64,000 nucleotides of DNA from an uncultured Alphaproteobacteria bacterium (GCA_944392835.1 CALXYB010000008.1:4821-68820), one strand, 5' to 3'; positions 1-10,652 are shown, counted from the first letter of the stretch. The notes: a model not told the origin generated them from the letters alone. Numbers and translations: made by a program.

Positions 1-33
1 AAAATACATTTTATCTTTTGGTCCTTAAAATTA

Positions 34-573
34 TCAAACAGCGGCCGCCGTTTTTTTGCGATAGGTGCGCTTGGGCTTGGGTTGTTCTTCTGCAGCACTC
101 TCGTTCTGAGCTGAAACAGCTGCATTCTCTTCCGTTGCCGAAATCTCTATAACCTTAAACTCTCTGCGCGGTGTGCTTTGCGCCTCAGCAATAGGCATTT
201 CAACAACATTGTTGTTTTCTTGCTCCGTTGTGTCCGGATTTTCTCCTATATTATCATTGCTGACCGGCGTATCAGAATCGGCCATTTGCTCCTGATTGTC
301 AAAATGTTTGTCCTGAGAACGATTTTGGTTTAAATTTCTTTTTTCGTTAATCTCGGTTACAATCTTGCGATAATGCTCGGCATATTGGCGAAAAACCTCC
401 ATATCAACAAAGTTACAGTTGCTATGAGCTTCTTTGGCCAACTCATTATATTTCTTAATTAAATCCAACGCTGTGCCGCTGATTTTACCGGCGATACTTG
501 TTGAGTCAAATTTATAATTCAGAGAATATATTTGATTGTTATTGTTACGATATTTGTTATTCATTTTTTTCAT
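34..573 (-). CDS. DUF4167-like low-complexity protein (N/Q/E-rich, conserved N-terminal ~60 aa)
   Basis: ORF 34..585 trimmed to ATG at 573 (MKKMNNKY...). The N-terminal block resembles the alphaproteobacterial DUF4167 family. C-terminal half is low complexity. Confidence 0.45.
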   Translation of the reverse strand: MKKMNNKYRNNNNQIYSLNYKFDSTSIAGKISGTALDLIKKYNELAKEAHSNCNFVDMEVFRQYAEHYRKIVTEINEKRNLNQNRSQDKHFDNQEQMADSDTPVSNDNIGENPDTTEQENNNVVEMPIAEAQSTPRREFKVIEISATEENAAVSAQNESAAEEQPKPKRTYRKKTAAAV

Positions 574-727
574 ATTTAATACCACAATCCATTACACCGA
601 AACACCTCGTTTTGAGGCTACGGAAAATACATTAAAAAAAGGTTTATTTCGGAAAAAAGTGCAAAACCAAATCCATTAAAAGGCACTTATCGGTAGTCAT
701 CATACATAAAAAAATGTTAATTGCAAT

Positions 728-1552
728 TTATTTTTTCAAAATAACACATCTTTCTATGCCCGATAAATCCGGTCTAATCTCAATCAGGTGCAGACCTTCA
801 TGCTCAAAAATATCTGCTATTTGTTTGGCTTGTCCTTGGCCCGCTTCCAATAAAATATATCCCTCTTGTTTTAACAAATGGGGCGTGAGCTCTGCTATGC
901 GACGATAATGTTCAAAGCCATCCTTGCCGCCGTCTAAGGCCAAAAGAGGATCATATTGCCTAACTTCCGGCTCCAGAGTTAGAATATCTGCCGTCGGGAT
1001 GTAAGGTGGATTAGAAACAATCATATCAAAACCACTGCCGATGTGTTCCACAAAATCCGGCTCAAACCAATCAGCTTGCATAAAGGTTACTCGTTTATCT
1101 AAGCCTAAGAGCTCTGCATTGTGTTTGGCTATAACCAAGGCCGGCTCTGATTTGTCTGCAGCCATTCCGCAAGCTTTTGAGCAATCTCCTAAAATGGATA
1201 GCAGTATACAGCCGGAGCCGGTTCCTAAATCCAATATCTTTTGCGGTATTTTTTTTGGTAGAAGTTCTATGGCTGCCTCAACCAAAATCTCCGTATCCGG
1301 ACGCGGGGTTAAAACATCTTTGCTCACCGCAAAGGTATTTTTGTAAAAGTCTCTTTTTCCCAAGATTTTATCCAGCGGAGCATGAGCCAAACGCCTATCC
1401 AGCAAACCACGCAAACGCATTTCTGCCTCTCCATCTACCGGAGCGAACTGGTTGAGCCCTAAATATTCAAATAATATTCTGGCTTCTAAACGCGGTGAAG
1501 GAATCTTTCCTTCGGACAAAATGCGTACGACATCATCAAAACCTAAGCTCAT
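728..1552 (-). CDS. prmC: release factor glutamine N5-methyltransferase PrmC/HemK
   Basis: GTGSGCI SAM-binding motif and VSNPPY catalytic motif. Full-length 274 aa. Confidence 0.9.
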   Translation of the reverse strand: MSLGFDDVVRILSEGKIPSPRLEARILFEYLGLNQFAPVDGEAEMRLRGLLDRRLAHAPLDKILGKRDFYKNTFAVSKDVLTPRPDTEILVEAAIELLPKKIPQKILDLGTGSGCILLSILGDCSKACGMAADKSEPALVIAKHNAELLGLDKRVTFMQADWFEPDFVEHIGSGFDMIVSNPPYIPTADILTLEPEVRQYDPLLALDGGKDGFEHYRRIAELTPHLLKQEGYILLEAGQGQAKQIADIFEHEGLHLIEIRPDLSGIERCVILKK

Positions 1553-1615
1553 TTTTTCCTCTTTTCTTAAACCCTTGCGAGTTTAGATAAATTATAACTC
1601 TTTTGCAAGCAATAA

Positions 1616-1652
1616 AAAAAACCTCGGATAAAGCCACCGAGGTTTTTTTATT
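1616..1652 (-). terminator. rho-independent terminator after Cys-rich repeat protein gene
   Basis: cctcgg...ccgagg stem flanked by A-run and T-run immediately 3' of the 1665 stop. Confidence 0.5.
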
Positions 1653-1664
1653 ATGTGGAATGTT

Positions 1665-3518
1665 TTAGTTTACTGTTAAAGCTGGTTTATCTAATGTAGC
1701 CTCACACCAACATTTATAGTTCGTGGTGCAACTTACTCCCGGAGGACAACAACATTTCATACCATTACAATATGTTGTCCTATTAGGAGATGTACAAATG
1801 GATCCTGAACCGCCTCCACTAGGTTTAAGTTTACATTTATACTTGGTTGTTCCACAAGCTGTACAACTATCTAATATACCATAAGTACATCTTACGAGAT
1901 TGTAGCCAGGACATTCGGTTGAGTAAGAACAACTTTTACATGCCGTACATTTACCGCATGAGTTTGTAGTAGCACAACCGTACGGACATACCTTAGGTGT
2001 TACACTACAATCCGGGTTATCCTTACAAGCCGTACACTTATTGCAAGAGTTTGTCGTCTTACATCCATATTGACAGGTTAATGATGTCGCACTGCAATCC
2101 GGATTAGACTTACAAGCCGTACATTTACCACAAGAGTTGGTAGACGCACAACCATAATCACAGGATTTTGAGCTTACATTACAATCAGGGTTACCTTTAC
2201 AACCAGTACATTTACCGCAGGAATTGTATGTTGCACAACCATAATCGCAGGATTTTGAGCTTACACTACAATCTGGATTAGACTTACAAGATGTACATTT
2301 GCTACAGCTATTGTAGGAGGCACAACCATATTCGCAGCTTAATGATGTTGCATCACAATCTGGGTTGCCTGTTGCTGTTTGGCATTTGCTCGGACAGTCA
2401 GACCACCATTTTGAGCAACCATACGGGTGTGATACATCAGTACGTTTGTGGCAGTTATCCGTATAGGCAATTTCACATTTACTTGAGCAATCGCTGTAGT
2501 ATTTTTTACAACCATACGGTGCGCTTACAGATGTGCGGTTACGACAGTTATCACTGTAGCAAGTTTGGCACTTGAATTCGCAGTCTGAATAAGTTGACTG
2601 GCAACCATAAGTACATTCTTTATGTGTACGGTTATCGCAATTGTTGGTTTTTGCAATTTGGCACTTACTAGCGCAGTCGGGCCAATAGGTATGGCAACCA
2701 TAGTTTGCCTGAACAGATTCACGGTTGCGGCAGTTGTCCGTGTAAGCCGTTTGACATTTGCTTGAACAGTCTGCAAAATAAGCGACACAACCATAAGGCG
2801 TGCTTACGGCCGTACGATTACGACAGTTATCCGTATAAGCTTTTTTACAAACGGAGTTACATGGTGCCGGATAATATTCCTCACATCCATAAGCTCCGGC
2901 TGAAACACCTTTCGGACATGTACATTGTGAATATTTACCGCCACAGCTTGCACCGCTCGGTGAACGAGGTGATGTACAGTTTGATGTTGTGTACATATAT
3001 TCGCTCTTACAAGCGCAAGATTGATATTTGCCACCGCAACTAGCACCTTGTCCAACTTGGTTTGATGCACAAGACACAAGGTTAGGGTCGCATTTACAAG
3101 AAGCATATTGACCGCCGCAACTTTCACCAACGCCAACTTGTCCGGCCGGACAGGTTATGAGGTTTGTGGCACACTTGCAACGAGAGATGTAAGATTTGTT
3201 GTAAGGACAGTAACCTTCAGGAACTTGAACAGAGTTACAGTTATTAGCAATAAAGCCCTCATTTTTACATTGAGCGGCTGTATCCATGGTATAATCTTCA
3301 TCACCCTGACCATAGCCTGCGCTGTCATTACAATCGCCAACGCCCAAAAAGCAAACACCTGCAACTTTGTAGGCGTTTTCTATCTTAGCGAGTTCAAATG
3401 CGGGGGCTAAATTTGTCTTATCGGCCGTGATTTCTGAAATGGCTGAGGCCATTCCCTTGGGAGGAAATAAACACATTCCCACCAATAACGAGATTAAAAA
3501 CGCAGATTTCTTCTTCAT
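1665..3518 (-). CDS. secreted cysteine-rich tandem-repeat protein
   Basis: Signal peptide MKKKSAFLISLLVGMCLF follows RBS GAGGTG; the ORF as given is extended upstream. At least 5 copies of a 29-aa repeat NPDCxxxSxSCxYGCAxxNSCxKCTxCK. About 6 copies of a ~33-aa repeat AYTDNCRNRTxVSxPYGCxxYxxDCSSKC. Confidence 0.6.
   Translation of the reverse strand: MKKKSAFLISLLVGMCLFPPKGMASAISEITADKTNLAPAFELAKIENAYKVAGVCFLGVGDCNDSAGYGQGDEDYTMDTAAQCKNEGFIANNCNSVQVPEGYCPYNKSYISRCKCATNLITCPAGQVGVGESCGGQYASCKCDPNLVSCASNQVGQGASCGGKYQSCACKSEYMYTTSNCTSPRSPSGASCGGKYSQCTCPKGVSAGAYGCEEYYPAPCNSVCKKAYTDNCRNRTAVSTPYGCVAYFADCSSKCQTAYTDNCRNRESVQANYGCHTYWPDCASKCQIAKTNNCDNRTHKECTYGCQSTYSDCEFKCQTCYSDNCRNRTSVSAPYGCKKYYSDCSSKCEIAYTDNCHKRTDVSHPYGCSKWWSDCPSKCQTATGNPDCDATSLSCEYGCASYNSCSKCTSCKSNPDCSVSSKSCDYGCATYNSCGKCTGCKGNPDCNVSSKSCDYGCASTNSCGKCTACKSNPDCSATSLTCQYGCKTTNSCNKCTACKDNPDCSVTPKVCPYGCATTNSCGKCTACKSCSYSTECPGYNLVRCTYGILDSCTACGTTKYKCKLKPSGGGSGSICTSPNRTTYCNGMKCCCPPGVSCTTNYKCWCEATLDKPALTVN
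1800..2900. repeat. in-frame tandem nucleotide repeats (87-99 bp units) encoding the Cys-rich modules
   Basis: Recurring ggattagacttacaag... and ccgtacatttaccgca... blocks visible in sequence. Confidence 0.55.
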
Positions 3519-3799
3519 AATACACCTCACAACAGTTAAAACCACAGCCCTTTTATAGGTGAGGATATATATGAATATATGCAAAAATAGAAAGGGATTT
3601 CCGGGCACACTACCCCTATACCTTTAACACACACTCCGACTACGGCACCCCGTATCGGATAACACCCACACCTTAATATAGAATAGAACGATTTTGAGAC
3701 TTAGTCAACTATCAATGATACCGATAGATAAAAAAATTCATTATTTTAGGCATAAAAAAAGCCCCTCTTCTTGGGGCGTGTTTTTTGAGGGACAATCTG

Positions 3800-3982
3800 T
3801 CAGTTTTGTCGTTCTGTCTCTCTGGAAAAACTTATTTTATTTAGCGGACTATCCTGCTCTGATTTGAGACTTCTAACAAACTCCAAACGGCGAGCCATAC
3901 GCTCATTCAGCGCACCAAAGTCGGCACTCTTTGAGAACTTTCCTTTATATGTAAAACCTTTTTCTTCTGCTGCTTTGGACAT
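3800..3982 (-). CDS. small basic hypothetical protein downstream of rpoH
   Basis: ATG at 3982 preceded by GGAGA RBS. 60 aa. Terminator hairpin follows at about 3758-3790. Confidence 0.4.
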   Translation of the reverse strand: MSKAAEEKGFTYKGKFSKSADFGALNERMARRLEFVRSLKSEQDSPLNKISFSRETERQN

Positions 3983-4011
3983 CAATCTTTCTCCGTTTAT
4001 ATTGGTTTAGT

Positions 4012-4914
4012 TTAGCATATCTTTTGTGCTAATTCAAGTTTTACCAACGAAGCCAATTTTTCAAAGGACTTCTTCTCTATCTGGCGAACACGCTCGCGGC
4101 TAATGCCAAACTTTTCACCAATTTCTTCCAAAGTGGACGGTGTATCTGTCAACATGCGATTTTTGATGATATATTGCTCACGCTCATCCATTTGTGCTAA
4201 GCAATCGTGCAAAACCTTAGCCTTAATCGCACTTTCTTGACGGCGACCGAGACTTTCCTCAATGTTTTGTCTGCTATCTACAATAAAATCAACTTTTTCT
4301 TCATCGCTGTCATCGCAAGCGGCAACATTTAAGGACTTGTCGCCACCCATACGGCGGTTCATCTCAATAACGTCTTTTTCATCAACCACCAGCTCTTTGG
4401 CTATGCTCTTTACAACAGAGGGTTCAAGCTCGCGGTTTTCATAAATACCTAAACGCGCCTTAATGCGATTAAGATTGTAAAAAAGCTTCTTTTGCGCTGC
4501 AACCGTACCAATCTTGACCAAGGACCAAGAACGCAAAATATAGTCATTGATTGCGGCTTTAATCCACCAAATGGCGTAGGTTGCCAAACGAACTTTCTTG
4601 TCTAAGTCAAACTTTTTGACTGCCTGCATTAAACCAATATTGGCCTCAGAAACAATATCTGCTAAAGGTAAGCCATAGCGGCGATAAGTTAAAGCTATTT
4701 TGGCCGCCAAACGCAAATGCGAAGTTATTAGCTTCTGAGCGGCTGTCAAATCACCTTTTTCTTTAAACTCACGAATCAGGTTTGTTTCTTCACTCTCACT
4801 CAGAACCGGAAATTTTTTAATCTTTTCAAAATATGAAAATAAACTGTTTTCTTCAACAACCTGCGGTAAATTGCTTGTGTTTCTGATAACCATTACTTCA
4901 TTATTTTGACTCAT
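4012..4914 (-). CDS. rpoH: RNA polymerase sigma-32 factor RpoH
   Basis: Sigma-70 regions 2 and 4. Diagnostic RpoH box QKKLFYNLN. Strong alignment to E. coli RpoH. Start trimmed to ATG at 4914 with RBS. Confidence 0.85.
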   Translation of the reverse strand: MSQNNEVMVIRNTSNLPQVVEENSLFSYFEKIKKFPVLSESEETNLIREFKEKGDLTAAQKLITSHLRLAAKIALTYRRYGLPLADIVSEANIGLMQAVKKFDLDKKVRLATYAIWWIKAAINDYILRSWSLVKIGTVAAQKKLFYNLNRIKARLGIYENRELEPSVVKSIAKELVVDEKDVIEMNRRMGGDKSLNVAACDDSDEEKVDFIVDSRQNIEESLGRRQESAIKAKVLHDCLAQMDEREQYIIKNRMLTDTPSTLEEIGEKFGISRERVRQIEKKSFEKLASLVKLELAQKIC

Positions 4915-5049
4915 ATATTTCCAACCTTCTTTCAAATGATGCTGTTATATGATGTAGGGATAAAACAAAATGTTTGCAATACCCCGAGTGAGAATATTAC
5001 GACTTTCAAATCTGAGAATCAATATTATATTTTAGTTTTTTGAATTTTT

Positions 5050-5601
5050 TTAATCAAAAATAAAAGACAAATTCTGAATATCTTCTCCGGCAGACTTCAG
5101 ATTGATGATTTCGCCGACATTTCCTTCACCTACGGGATAAAGCAAGATATATACATTTGAAGCCCCTGCTATCCCTTTGCCTTTGCATAGTCTTAAATCT
5201 TTGTCTTCCAAACCTTTGTTGATTTTGTTCATTATGATGGCATTGGCCACATTGAAATCTTGCTTAGAGGTAAAGCCTTCTACCGCTACCTCCTCAAAAC
5301 TTGCCAGATTGCGGCGAAGCAAAATATCTCGGCGGCGGTCTATCTGCGTGGTTGAGGGATGTTCTTTTTGGTACAAGACAAGCGTTTCCACTACTTTTTT
5401 TGCTAATTTTTCATCAGAGCATTCCGGACGAGGTGCCGTTTTAACTCTTATGCTTTCAGTCCCAATGGGAGCAACAGCAACCTCTTCAACAACGGCAACA
5501 GAAGTTTCTTCTTGAGTTTTGGGCTCCTGCTCATTTGCTTTGACATTGGTTGACAAAGCCAAAACCAAGCTTAAACTCAGAAAAAACTTCAGGTTGCTCA
5601 T
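5050..5601 (-). CDS. secreted hypothetical protein (signal peptide)
   Basis: N-terminal MSNLKFFLSLSLVLALSTNVKA signal peptide. No recognisable domain. Confidence 0.45.
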   Translation of the reverse strand: MSNLKFFLSLSLVLALSTNVKANEQEPKTQEETSVAVVEEVAVAPIGTESIRVKTAPRPECSDEKLAKKVVETLVLYQKEHPSTTQIDRRRDILLRRNLASFEEVAVEGFTSKQDFNVANAIIMNKINKGLEDKDLRLCKGKGIAGASNVYILLYPVGEGNVGEIINLKSAGEDIQNLSFIFD

Positions 5602-5618
5602 TGTCTTATTTCCTTTGT

Positions 5619-7007
5619 TTAGAAGTTGATGGAGTTCGGAGTTCTCGGGAAAGGAATAACATCGCGGATGTTGCCGATACCCGTTACCAACATCATCATA
5701 CGCTCAAATCCCAAACCAAATCCTGAGTGCGGAACTGAGCCGTATTTGCGCGAATCGAGATACCACGAATAATCATCCTCATGCATGCCCATTTCGTGAA
5801 TTTTTTGAACCAAAACATCATAGCGTTCCTCACGTTGAGAACCGCCAATCAGCTCGCCGATGCCCGGAACCAAAACATCCATCGCGGCAACGGTGCGGCC
5901 ATCATCATTTAGGCGCATATAGAAAGCCTTAATCTCTTTGGGGTAGTCGCGCACAATAACCGGACGTTTGAAGTGAACTTCCGCCAGATAACGCTCATGC
6001 TCGGTTTGCATATCAATGCCGAACTCTGGCTTATATTCAAACTTATGACCAGAGTTTTTCATTATCTCAATGGCTTCGGCATAAGTGATGCGGGCAAAGC
6101 CGTTTTTAACAATATTATTCAGCTTATCCAACAAACCCGGTTCAACAAACTTATTAAACAGTTCCAAGTCTTCGGCGCAATGCTCCATAACATGTTTGAC
6201 GCAATAACGTACCATATCTTCCGCCAAATCCATATCATCATAAATATCAGCGAAAGCCATCTCGGGTTCAATCATCCAGAACTCGGCGGCATGGCGCGTG
6301 GTGTTGGAGTTTTCGGCACGGAAGGTCGGGCCAAAGGTATAAATATCTCCCAAAGCCATTGCATACATTTCGCCGTTGAGTTGGCCGGAAACGGTTAAAT
6401 GTGCTTCTTTGCCGAAAAAGTCCTTGCTGTAGTCTACTTTGCCATCCTTGGTACGCGGCGGATTGTTCAAATCCAAGGTCGTAACCTGAAACATCTCGCC
6501 TGCACCTTCGCAGTCAGAACCGGTTATCAGCGGTGTGTGAACATAGCGGAAGCCACGGTCATGGAAAAACTTGTGAATGGCATAAGATAACTCGGAACGA
6601 ACTCTGAAAGCCGCGCCATATTTGTTGGTGCGCGGACGCAAATGCGCAATGGTGCGCAGATACTCGTCCGAGTGTTTTTTCTTTTGCAGCGGAAAATCCT
6701 CGTCCGCAACATCATAAATTTCAATCTTGTCGGCAACAATTTCATATTTTTGGTTACCACCCTTGGACTCAACCAAAGCTCCTGTAACGGCCAAAGACGA
6801 ACCTGTGGTCAATTTTTTGACCTCGTCATAATTGCTTAAATTATTATTGGCAATAATCTGAATATTTTTAAGACAAGAGCCGTCGCCCAATTCAATAAAC
6901 GAAAAATCTTTGGCATCACGGCGGGTTTTGACCCAACCTTTGACCAGAACTTGTTGTTCCGGCTTGTCTGCAGCCAGCAGACTAACAACTTTTGTTCTTT
7001 TTAACAT
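5619..7007 (-). CDS. asnS: asparagine--tRNA ligase
   Basis: Near-collinear match to E. coli AsnRS, including class II motifs and the C-terminal GFGLGFERL...PFPRTP. ORF trimmed from 7286 to ATG 7007 with AAGGAAAT RBS. Confidence 0.9.
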   Translation of the reverse strand: MLKRTKVVSLLAADKPEQQVLVKGWVKTRRDAKDFSFIELGDGSCLKNIQIIANNNLSNYDEVKKLTTGSSLAVTGALVESKGGNQKYEIVADKIEIYDVADEDFPLQKKKHSDEYLRTIAHLRPRTNKYGAAFRVRSELSYAIHKFFHDRGFRYVHTPLITGSDCEGAGEMFQVTTLDLNNPPRTKDGKVDYSKDFFGKEAHLTVSGQLNGEMYAMALGDIYTFGPTFRAENSNTTRHAAEFWMIEPEMAFADIYDDMDLAEDMVRYCVKHVMEHCAEDLELFNKFVEPGLLDKLNNIVKNGFARITYAEAIEIMKNSGHKFEYKPEFGIDMQTEHERYLAEVHFKRPVIVRDYPKEIKAFYMRLNDDGRTVAAMDVLVPGIGELIGGSQREERYDVLVQKIHEMGMHEDDYSWYLDSRKYGSVPHSGFGLGFERMMMLVTGIGNIRDVIPFPRTPNSINF

Positions 7008-7158
7008 CTTACATATTTCCTTAATATATTCCTTATTTTGATTATTGCCTTTGAAAAGCGAAAGACAATATATAACACTTATGTTTAATTGTCCAGCATT
7101 GACAAATATTAATCTATGTATAATTATAATTTTAACATTAATTTTGCGGAGAAAAGGA

Positions 7159-7620
7159 ATGAGAAAATCTGCCTTGATATTGATTTTGCCCATGTTACTT
7201 ATGGCCGGAGCCTGCACATCCAGAATCGGCGCCGACCAATATTCTACCGACTCAATCGGTGAAGTCAGCCGTGTGTTGAAGGGCACGGTTGTTTCCGTTC
7301 GTCCGATTTCGGTAGCGAGCGACAGCAGTGCCGGAACGCTTATCGGCGGTGCCGCAGGCGGTGTTGCCGGTTCTATGATTGGCGGGTCTGACGCTGCTCA
7401 TATTTTGGGCGCTATCGGCGGTGCGGTTGTCGGCGGAATTGCCGGTAATGCCGCGCAGGAGGGTTTGTCTTCTCAAGAAGGATATGAATATGTCGTTCAG
7501 TTAGACAATGGTAATATGGTTACGGTTTCGCAAGGAAATGACGTTTTGCTCAGCCCTGGGCAAAAATGTATGGTTCTGTATGGTAACCGCGCCCGCGTTG
7601 TTCCTTATTACGGAAACTAA
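7159..7620 (+). CDS. glycine-zipper outer-membrane lipoprotein (SlyB / 17-kDa-antigen-like)
   Basis: Signal peptide with lipobox-like MAGAC. Gly-rich GxxxG zipper region. RBS GAGAAAAGG before ATG 7159. Confidence 0.6.
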   Translation: MRKSALILILPMLLMAGACTSRIGADQYSTDSIGEVSRVLKGTVVSVRPISVASDSSAGTLIGGAAGGVAGSMIGGSDAAHILGAIGGAVVGGIAGNAAQEGLSSQEGYEYVVQLDNGNMVTVSQGNDVLLSPGQKCMVLYGNRARVVPYYGN

Positions 7621-7627
7621 ATTTTTC

Positions 7628-7660
7628 AAAAGCCCTCTTTTCGGAGGGCTTTATTTTTAG
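7628..7660 (+). terminator. rho-independent terminator
   Basis: agccctcttttcggagggct hairpin followed by a T-run. Confidence 0.55.
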
Positions 7661-7896
7661 GTTGTTAACTTAAACTCAAAATGAGCGTCATAAAAATCCG
7701 TTAAGGATAATAATTCGCCCCAAGAAGCGTTACCGCAACCATTTTCCAACCTTCGCAAAATTCTTAACGGTAGTCCCGTTGCTGCCGCAACTTGTTGCTC
7801 CGTCAACTTGCGGCTCATACGAAGCCCGACCAAAACCGCGCCAAATTTTTTTCGTAACAAACGCTGTTTGCGTGCAAAACTAGGGTCATAAGTCAT
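7657..7896 (-). CDS. XRE-family helix-turn-helix transcriptional regulator
   Basis: LTEQQVAAATGLPLRILRRLENG is typical of HTH_XRE. Confidence 0.5.
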   Translation of the reverse strand: MTYDPSFARKQRLLRKKFGAVLVGLRMSRKLTEQQVAAATGLPLRILRRLENGCGNASWGELLSLTDFYDAHFEFKLTT

Positions 7897-8169
7897 TTGT
7901 TCAACTCCTCTTTGTTTTTGGATAAAACAAAAACCGCTCTCAATGGAGAGCGGAGGAGTTGCAAACTGTACAAGAACAGCACGCTTATTCGTCCGCTAAA
8001 GCGGCTTATTTCGCGTCATCCTCCACAAGTGGAGGTCATAAATTTTCTTGTAAGGAGTTTGCATACTCCGCCTGCGGGCTAACCTTTCCCGCAGGCAAAA
8101 GTTATTATAAAAGCTATTTGCTAATTTTCAATGAAGATTTTAGTGCTTGGTTTATTTCTTGTTCGGAAA

Positions 8170-8598
8170 CTATTTTTTTCTAAAACTTTTATATGTCGCC
8201 CAAATGACAGACAAACATAAAAAGACAATGTAGAGGTAATAAACGTAAGTTAAATACGCCATCGGTGCCGGAGGAATTTCTGCACCATTATATTGGGCAT
8301 TAGCTGCTTTATACCCATAAATCATTCCGGGGATTAGCATAAATATAATGCTGAAATATTCGCAGAAACCCAATGCCGCTAAATAATTGCTTGTTTTGGC
8401 AAATTTGTTTTGGAAACGACTGATAAAATCATATTTTTTCTTAAAACACAAAACAACAAACATTATAAAAAAGATGCTTGATATCGTAATGCTTGCAACA
8501 TCTGCCCCAGCACCTTGAGGAAAGAAAGACAATAAGGAGATGATAAAGTAAAATCCACCTAAAATTAAAACATGCCAAGCAAAAGTTTTCATAAACAT
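8170..8598 (-). CDS. integral membrane protein, hypothetical
   Basis: Four predicted TM helices. No known domain. Confidence 0.4.
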   Translation of the reverse strand: MFMKTFAWHVLILGGFYFIISLLSFFPQGAGADVASITISSIFFIMFVVLCFKKKYDFISRFQNKFAKTSNYLAALGFCEYFSIIFMLIPGMIYGYKAANAQYNGAEIPPAPMAYLTYVYYLYIVFLCLSVIWATYKSFRKK

Positions 8599-8742
8599 AT
8601 CTCCTGTTAACTTGTTTTTTATTAAATCATTTATTTTTTATGTTTGCAAGTATCGTTATATGTCTGTTTTTTATATCCTTTCATTGTTTGAAACAAAAAA
8701 GCTCTACACTTGGTGTAGAGCTGAAATTAGTAAAAAATTTGC

Positions 8743-9000
8743 TTAGAAGATGAATATAAAATACAAAAAACATAAAATAAAATATAGTAATGTAAAATAA
8801 ATAAAACTATATTTCTTGTTTATGTTACAGCGTTTTCTTATTTGCGGATAAATAATGTATGTTACTATATAAATAAAGGAAGGCCAGCCATAAACATAAA
8901 CTTTAGCACCTGAAATACCATTAAAAATAAGTAATGCCAAAGAGCTTAGTACAATATACCCACACAAAAAACGCAGAAATTTTACAATTTGTTCTTTCAT
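8743..9000 (-). CDS. small membrane protein, hypothetical
   Basis: Hydrophobic 85-aa ORF. Terminator hairpin at about 8703-8727. Confidence 0.3.
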   Translation of the reverse strand: MKEQIVKFLRFLCGYIVLSSLALLIFNGISGAKVYVYGWPSFIYIVTYIIYPQIRKRCNINKKYSFIYFTLLYFILCFLYFIFIF

Positions 9001-9067
9001 ATTCTATCTCCGGCAAAATAATAAATGTAACTTACCATATCGTATCTTAATATTTTGTATATTTAGA

Positions 9068-9119
9068 TACACTTATAGCAAGTGATGTTTGTTTTTATAA
9101 AACATCTCAACAACTTTTA
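9068..9119 (+). promoter_or_regulatory. duplicated promoter/operator block, copy 1 (palindrome CACTT-N5-AAGTG plus AAAACATCTCAACAACTTTTA)
   Basis: 19-bp tacacttatagcaagtgat is identical to 10653..10671. Second block resembles 10715..10735. Lies upstream of 9194..9673. Confidence 0.45.
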
Positions 9120-9193
9120 GTGCCTATTATCACACTTAATCTTTTTTTCAACTTTGTGCTTTATACTAAAAGGCAAAGTTAGGAGTTTGTGCG

Positions 9194-9673
9194 ATGAAAA
9201 AAGTTTGGCTCGTTTGTGTTTTGCTTATTTTTGTTATATCTATCAGCGGTGGTATTTATTGGTTTTATCAAAGCCAAGAAGCAGAAGATAAGGAGCAGAT
9301 ACTGATAGAACAAGAAACGGAAAAATATAAAAAAGACTGCTTTAGACAATCATATCCCGAAGATTTGAGCACAATTAATATGTACACGGATGAGTTAAAA
9401 TGTATGGATAAGCAATATCATCAATGCTTGAAAAATGTGATTATTGCTCAAATAAACGCGTTAGCAAATAAAGAAGATGCTCAAAAAATGGTAGATGCTC
9501 TTAATAAGTTTGAAGATAGTGTTCTTTCTTTGTATTGGGATTTATATAATAGAGAAGATTACGGCGTTATGGGAAGAGGAGTTAATGATGCCGCACTTGG
9601 ACGTTATTACGAATATCTGTTGTCCGACATCATTAACTTTAAATATATCTCAACTTATCCTCAACCTTTATAA
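9194..9673 (+). CDS. membrane-anchored hypothetical protein
   Basis: N-terminal TM/signal anchor. Two Cys pairs. No known domain. Confidence 0.45.
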   Translation: MKKVWLVCVLLIFVISISGGIYWFYQSQEAEDKEQILIEQETEKYKKDCFRQSYPEDLSTINMYTDELKCMDKQYHQCLKNVIIAQINALANKEDAQKMVDALNKFEDSVLSLYWDLYNREDYGVMGRGVNDAALGRYYEYLLSDIINFKYISTYPQPL

Positions 9674-9676
9674 GGT

Positions 9677-10588
9677 TTAATTAGGATATTTTAGTAATAA
9701 TTCCAAAGCGCGTTGTCGTTCGTCTACGGAGCGGTTTTTCTTTATGCTTTTTTGTATATCTTCCGAACTGCTTTTGAAATATTTTTTATAACCTCGCTCA
9801 TCATAGATTTTATTGATAATATCCTCGTCTCTGAGTTTGGAAACATCATTACCCAATGCTTTATAAATAAGATTAGCAGCTCCATTTCCACCAAATTGTA
9901 CTGCTGTTGAAAAAACACTATCACCAACTACCGGTGAACGTTTGTCAAGATTTAGTCCTTTAATATACTTTATTTTTTCTATTGCAGGATTATAATTATT
10001 CTTAAGCATAAAATTATGTTGTGAATCCAAAAATTTAGAATCTTGCGAAAGTTTTTTCCAAGTTGATTTAAATGCATCTGTACCCGATTTTGCCGCATCA
10101 AAACCGCCTGCTTGTTGAAGTGCATTATAGAAGTCTCGATATTCTTCTTTGTTTTTCATATAATTGAGATAATCTTTCATTGTTCCTGGACCTGTAGCTA
10201 TTTGATAAGTTCCATAGCTGCATCCTCCTGTTCTATCTGCTTTACAATCATTAAAAAGTTTTTTACCGTTCTCAGATTCAGCCGCACCACTTAAAGTTCC
10301 AAGTTTATAAGAGCTTACATCATTTGTTGTATTCGCCTTAGTATTTTGAGCAATTTTATATGAAGCGGCAGTGTTTCCGATTGGTTTGGGTGTTAAATCG
10401 GCTTTTATGTTTGATGGTTCTGCTATTTGAGCTTTGTTTGAGCTTAGCCTCATCCAACCTTTTTCTATCAGGTTTCTTGGATTATACTTATAACCTTCTT
10501 GTTGTTCTCTGAAAGTAGAGTTTTTGTTTTGCTTTTTAAGTTCTTCTTCTGGATCTTCTTGAGCAATATATTGAATTAAATTTGTCAT
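9677..10588 (-). CDS. putative peptidoglycan hydrolase-like protein (GH108-like motif, PG_binding_3-like C-terminus) with conserved N-terminal MTNLIQYIAQEDP tag
   Basis: DRTGGCSYGTYQI resembles the GH108 DPGGxTxYGIT motif. C-terminal SVFSTAVQFGGNGAANLIYKALG resembles PG_binding_3. Start trimmed to ATG 10588 (ORF started at TTG 10618). N-terminus is shared with 34926..35438. Confidence 0.4.
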   Translation of the reverse strand: MTNLIQYIAQEDPEEELKKQNKNSTFREQQEGYKYNPRNLIEKGWMRLSSNKAQIAEPSNIKADLTPKPIGNTAASYKIAQNTKANTTNDVSSYKLGTLSGAAESENGKKLFNDCKADRTGGCSYGTYQIATGPGTMKDYLNYMKNKEEYRDFYNALQQAGGFDAAKSGTDAFKSTWKKLSQDSKFLDSQHNFMLKNNYNPAIEKIKYIKGLNLDKRSPVVGDSVFSTAVQFGGNGAANLIYKALGNDVSKLRDEDIINKIYDERGYKKYFKSSSEDIQKSIKKNRSVDERQRALELLLKYPN

Positions 10589-10622
10589 TTTGTGCCCTTT
10601 CGTTAACAATTTAAACAAAAAA

Positions 10623-10646
10623 ATCCGAAGAACTTAATCTTCGGAT
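10623..10646 (-). other. stem-loop + T-run in the 5' leader of 9677..10588 (attenuator-like or insulating terminator)
   Basis: atccgaagaacttaatcttcggat followed by T-run in minus orientation. Lies 35 nt upstream of the start codon. Confidence 0.4.
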
Positions 10647-10652
10647 TTTGGG

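Noticed and set aside
2291-3410. Several 90-110-aa ORFs on both strands inside the Cys-rich repeat gene
   Set aside because: Artefacts of the repetitive, Cys-codon-rich sequence. All are nested within the 617-aa secreted protein gene.
7008-7286. N-terminal 93-aa extension of the asnS ORF (555 aa as listed)
   Set aside because: AsnRS homology begins at MLKRTKVV (ATG 7007) with a good RBS. The extension overlaps the promoter region of the divergent lipoprotein gene.
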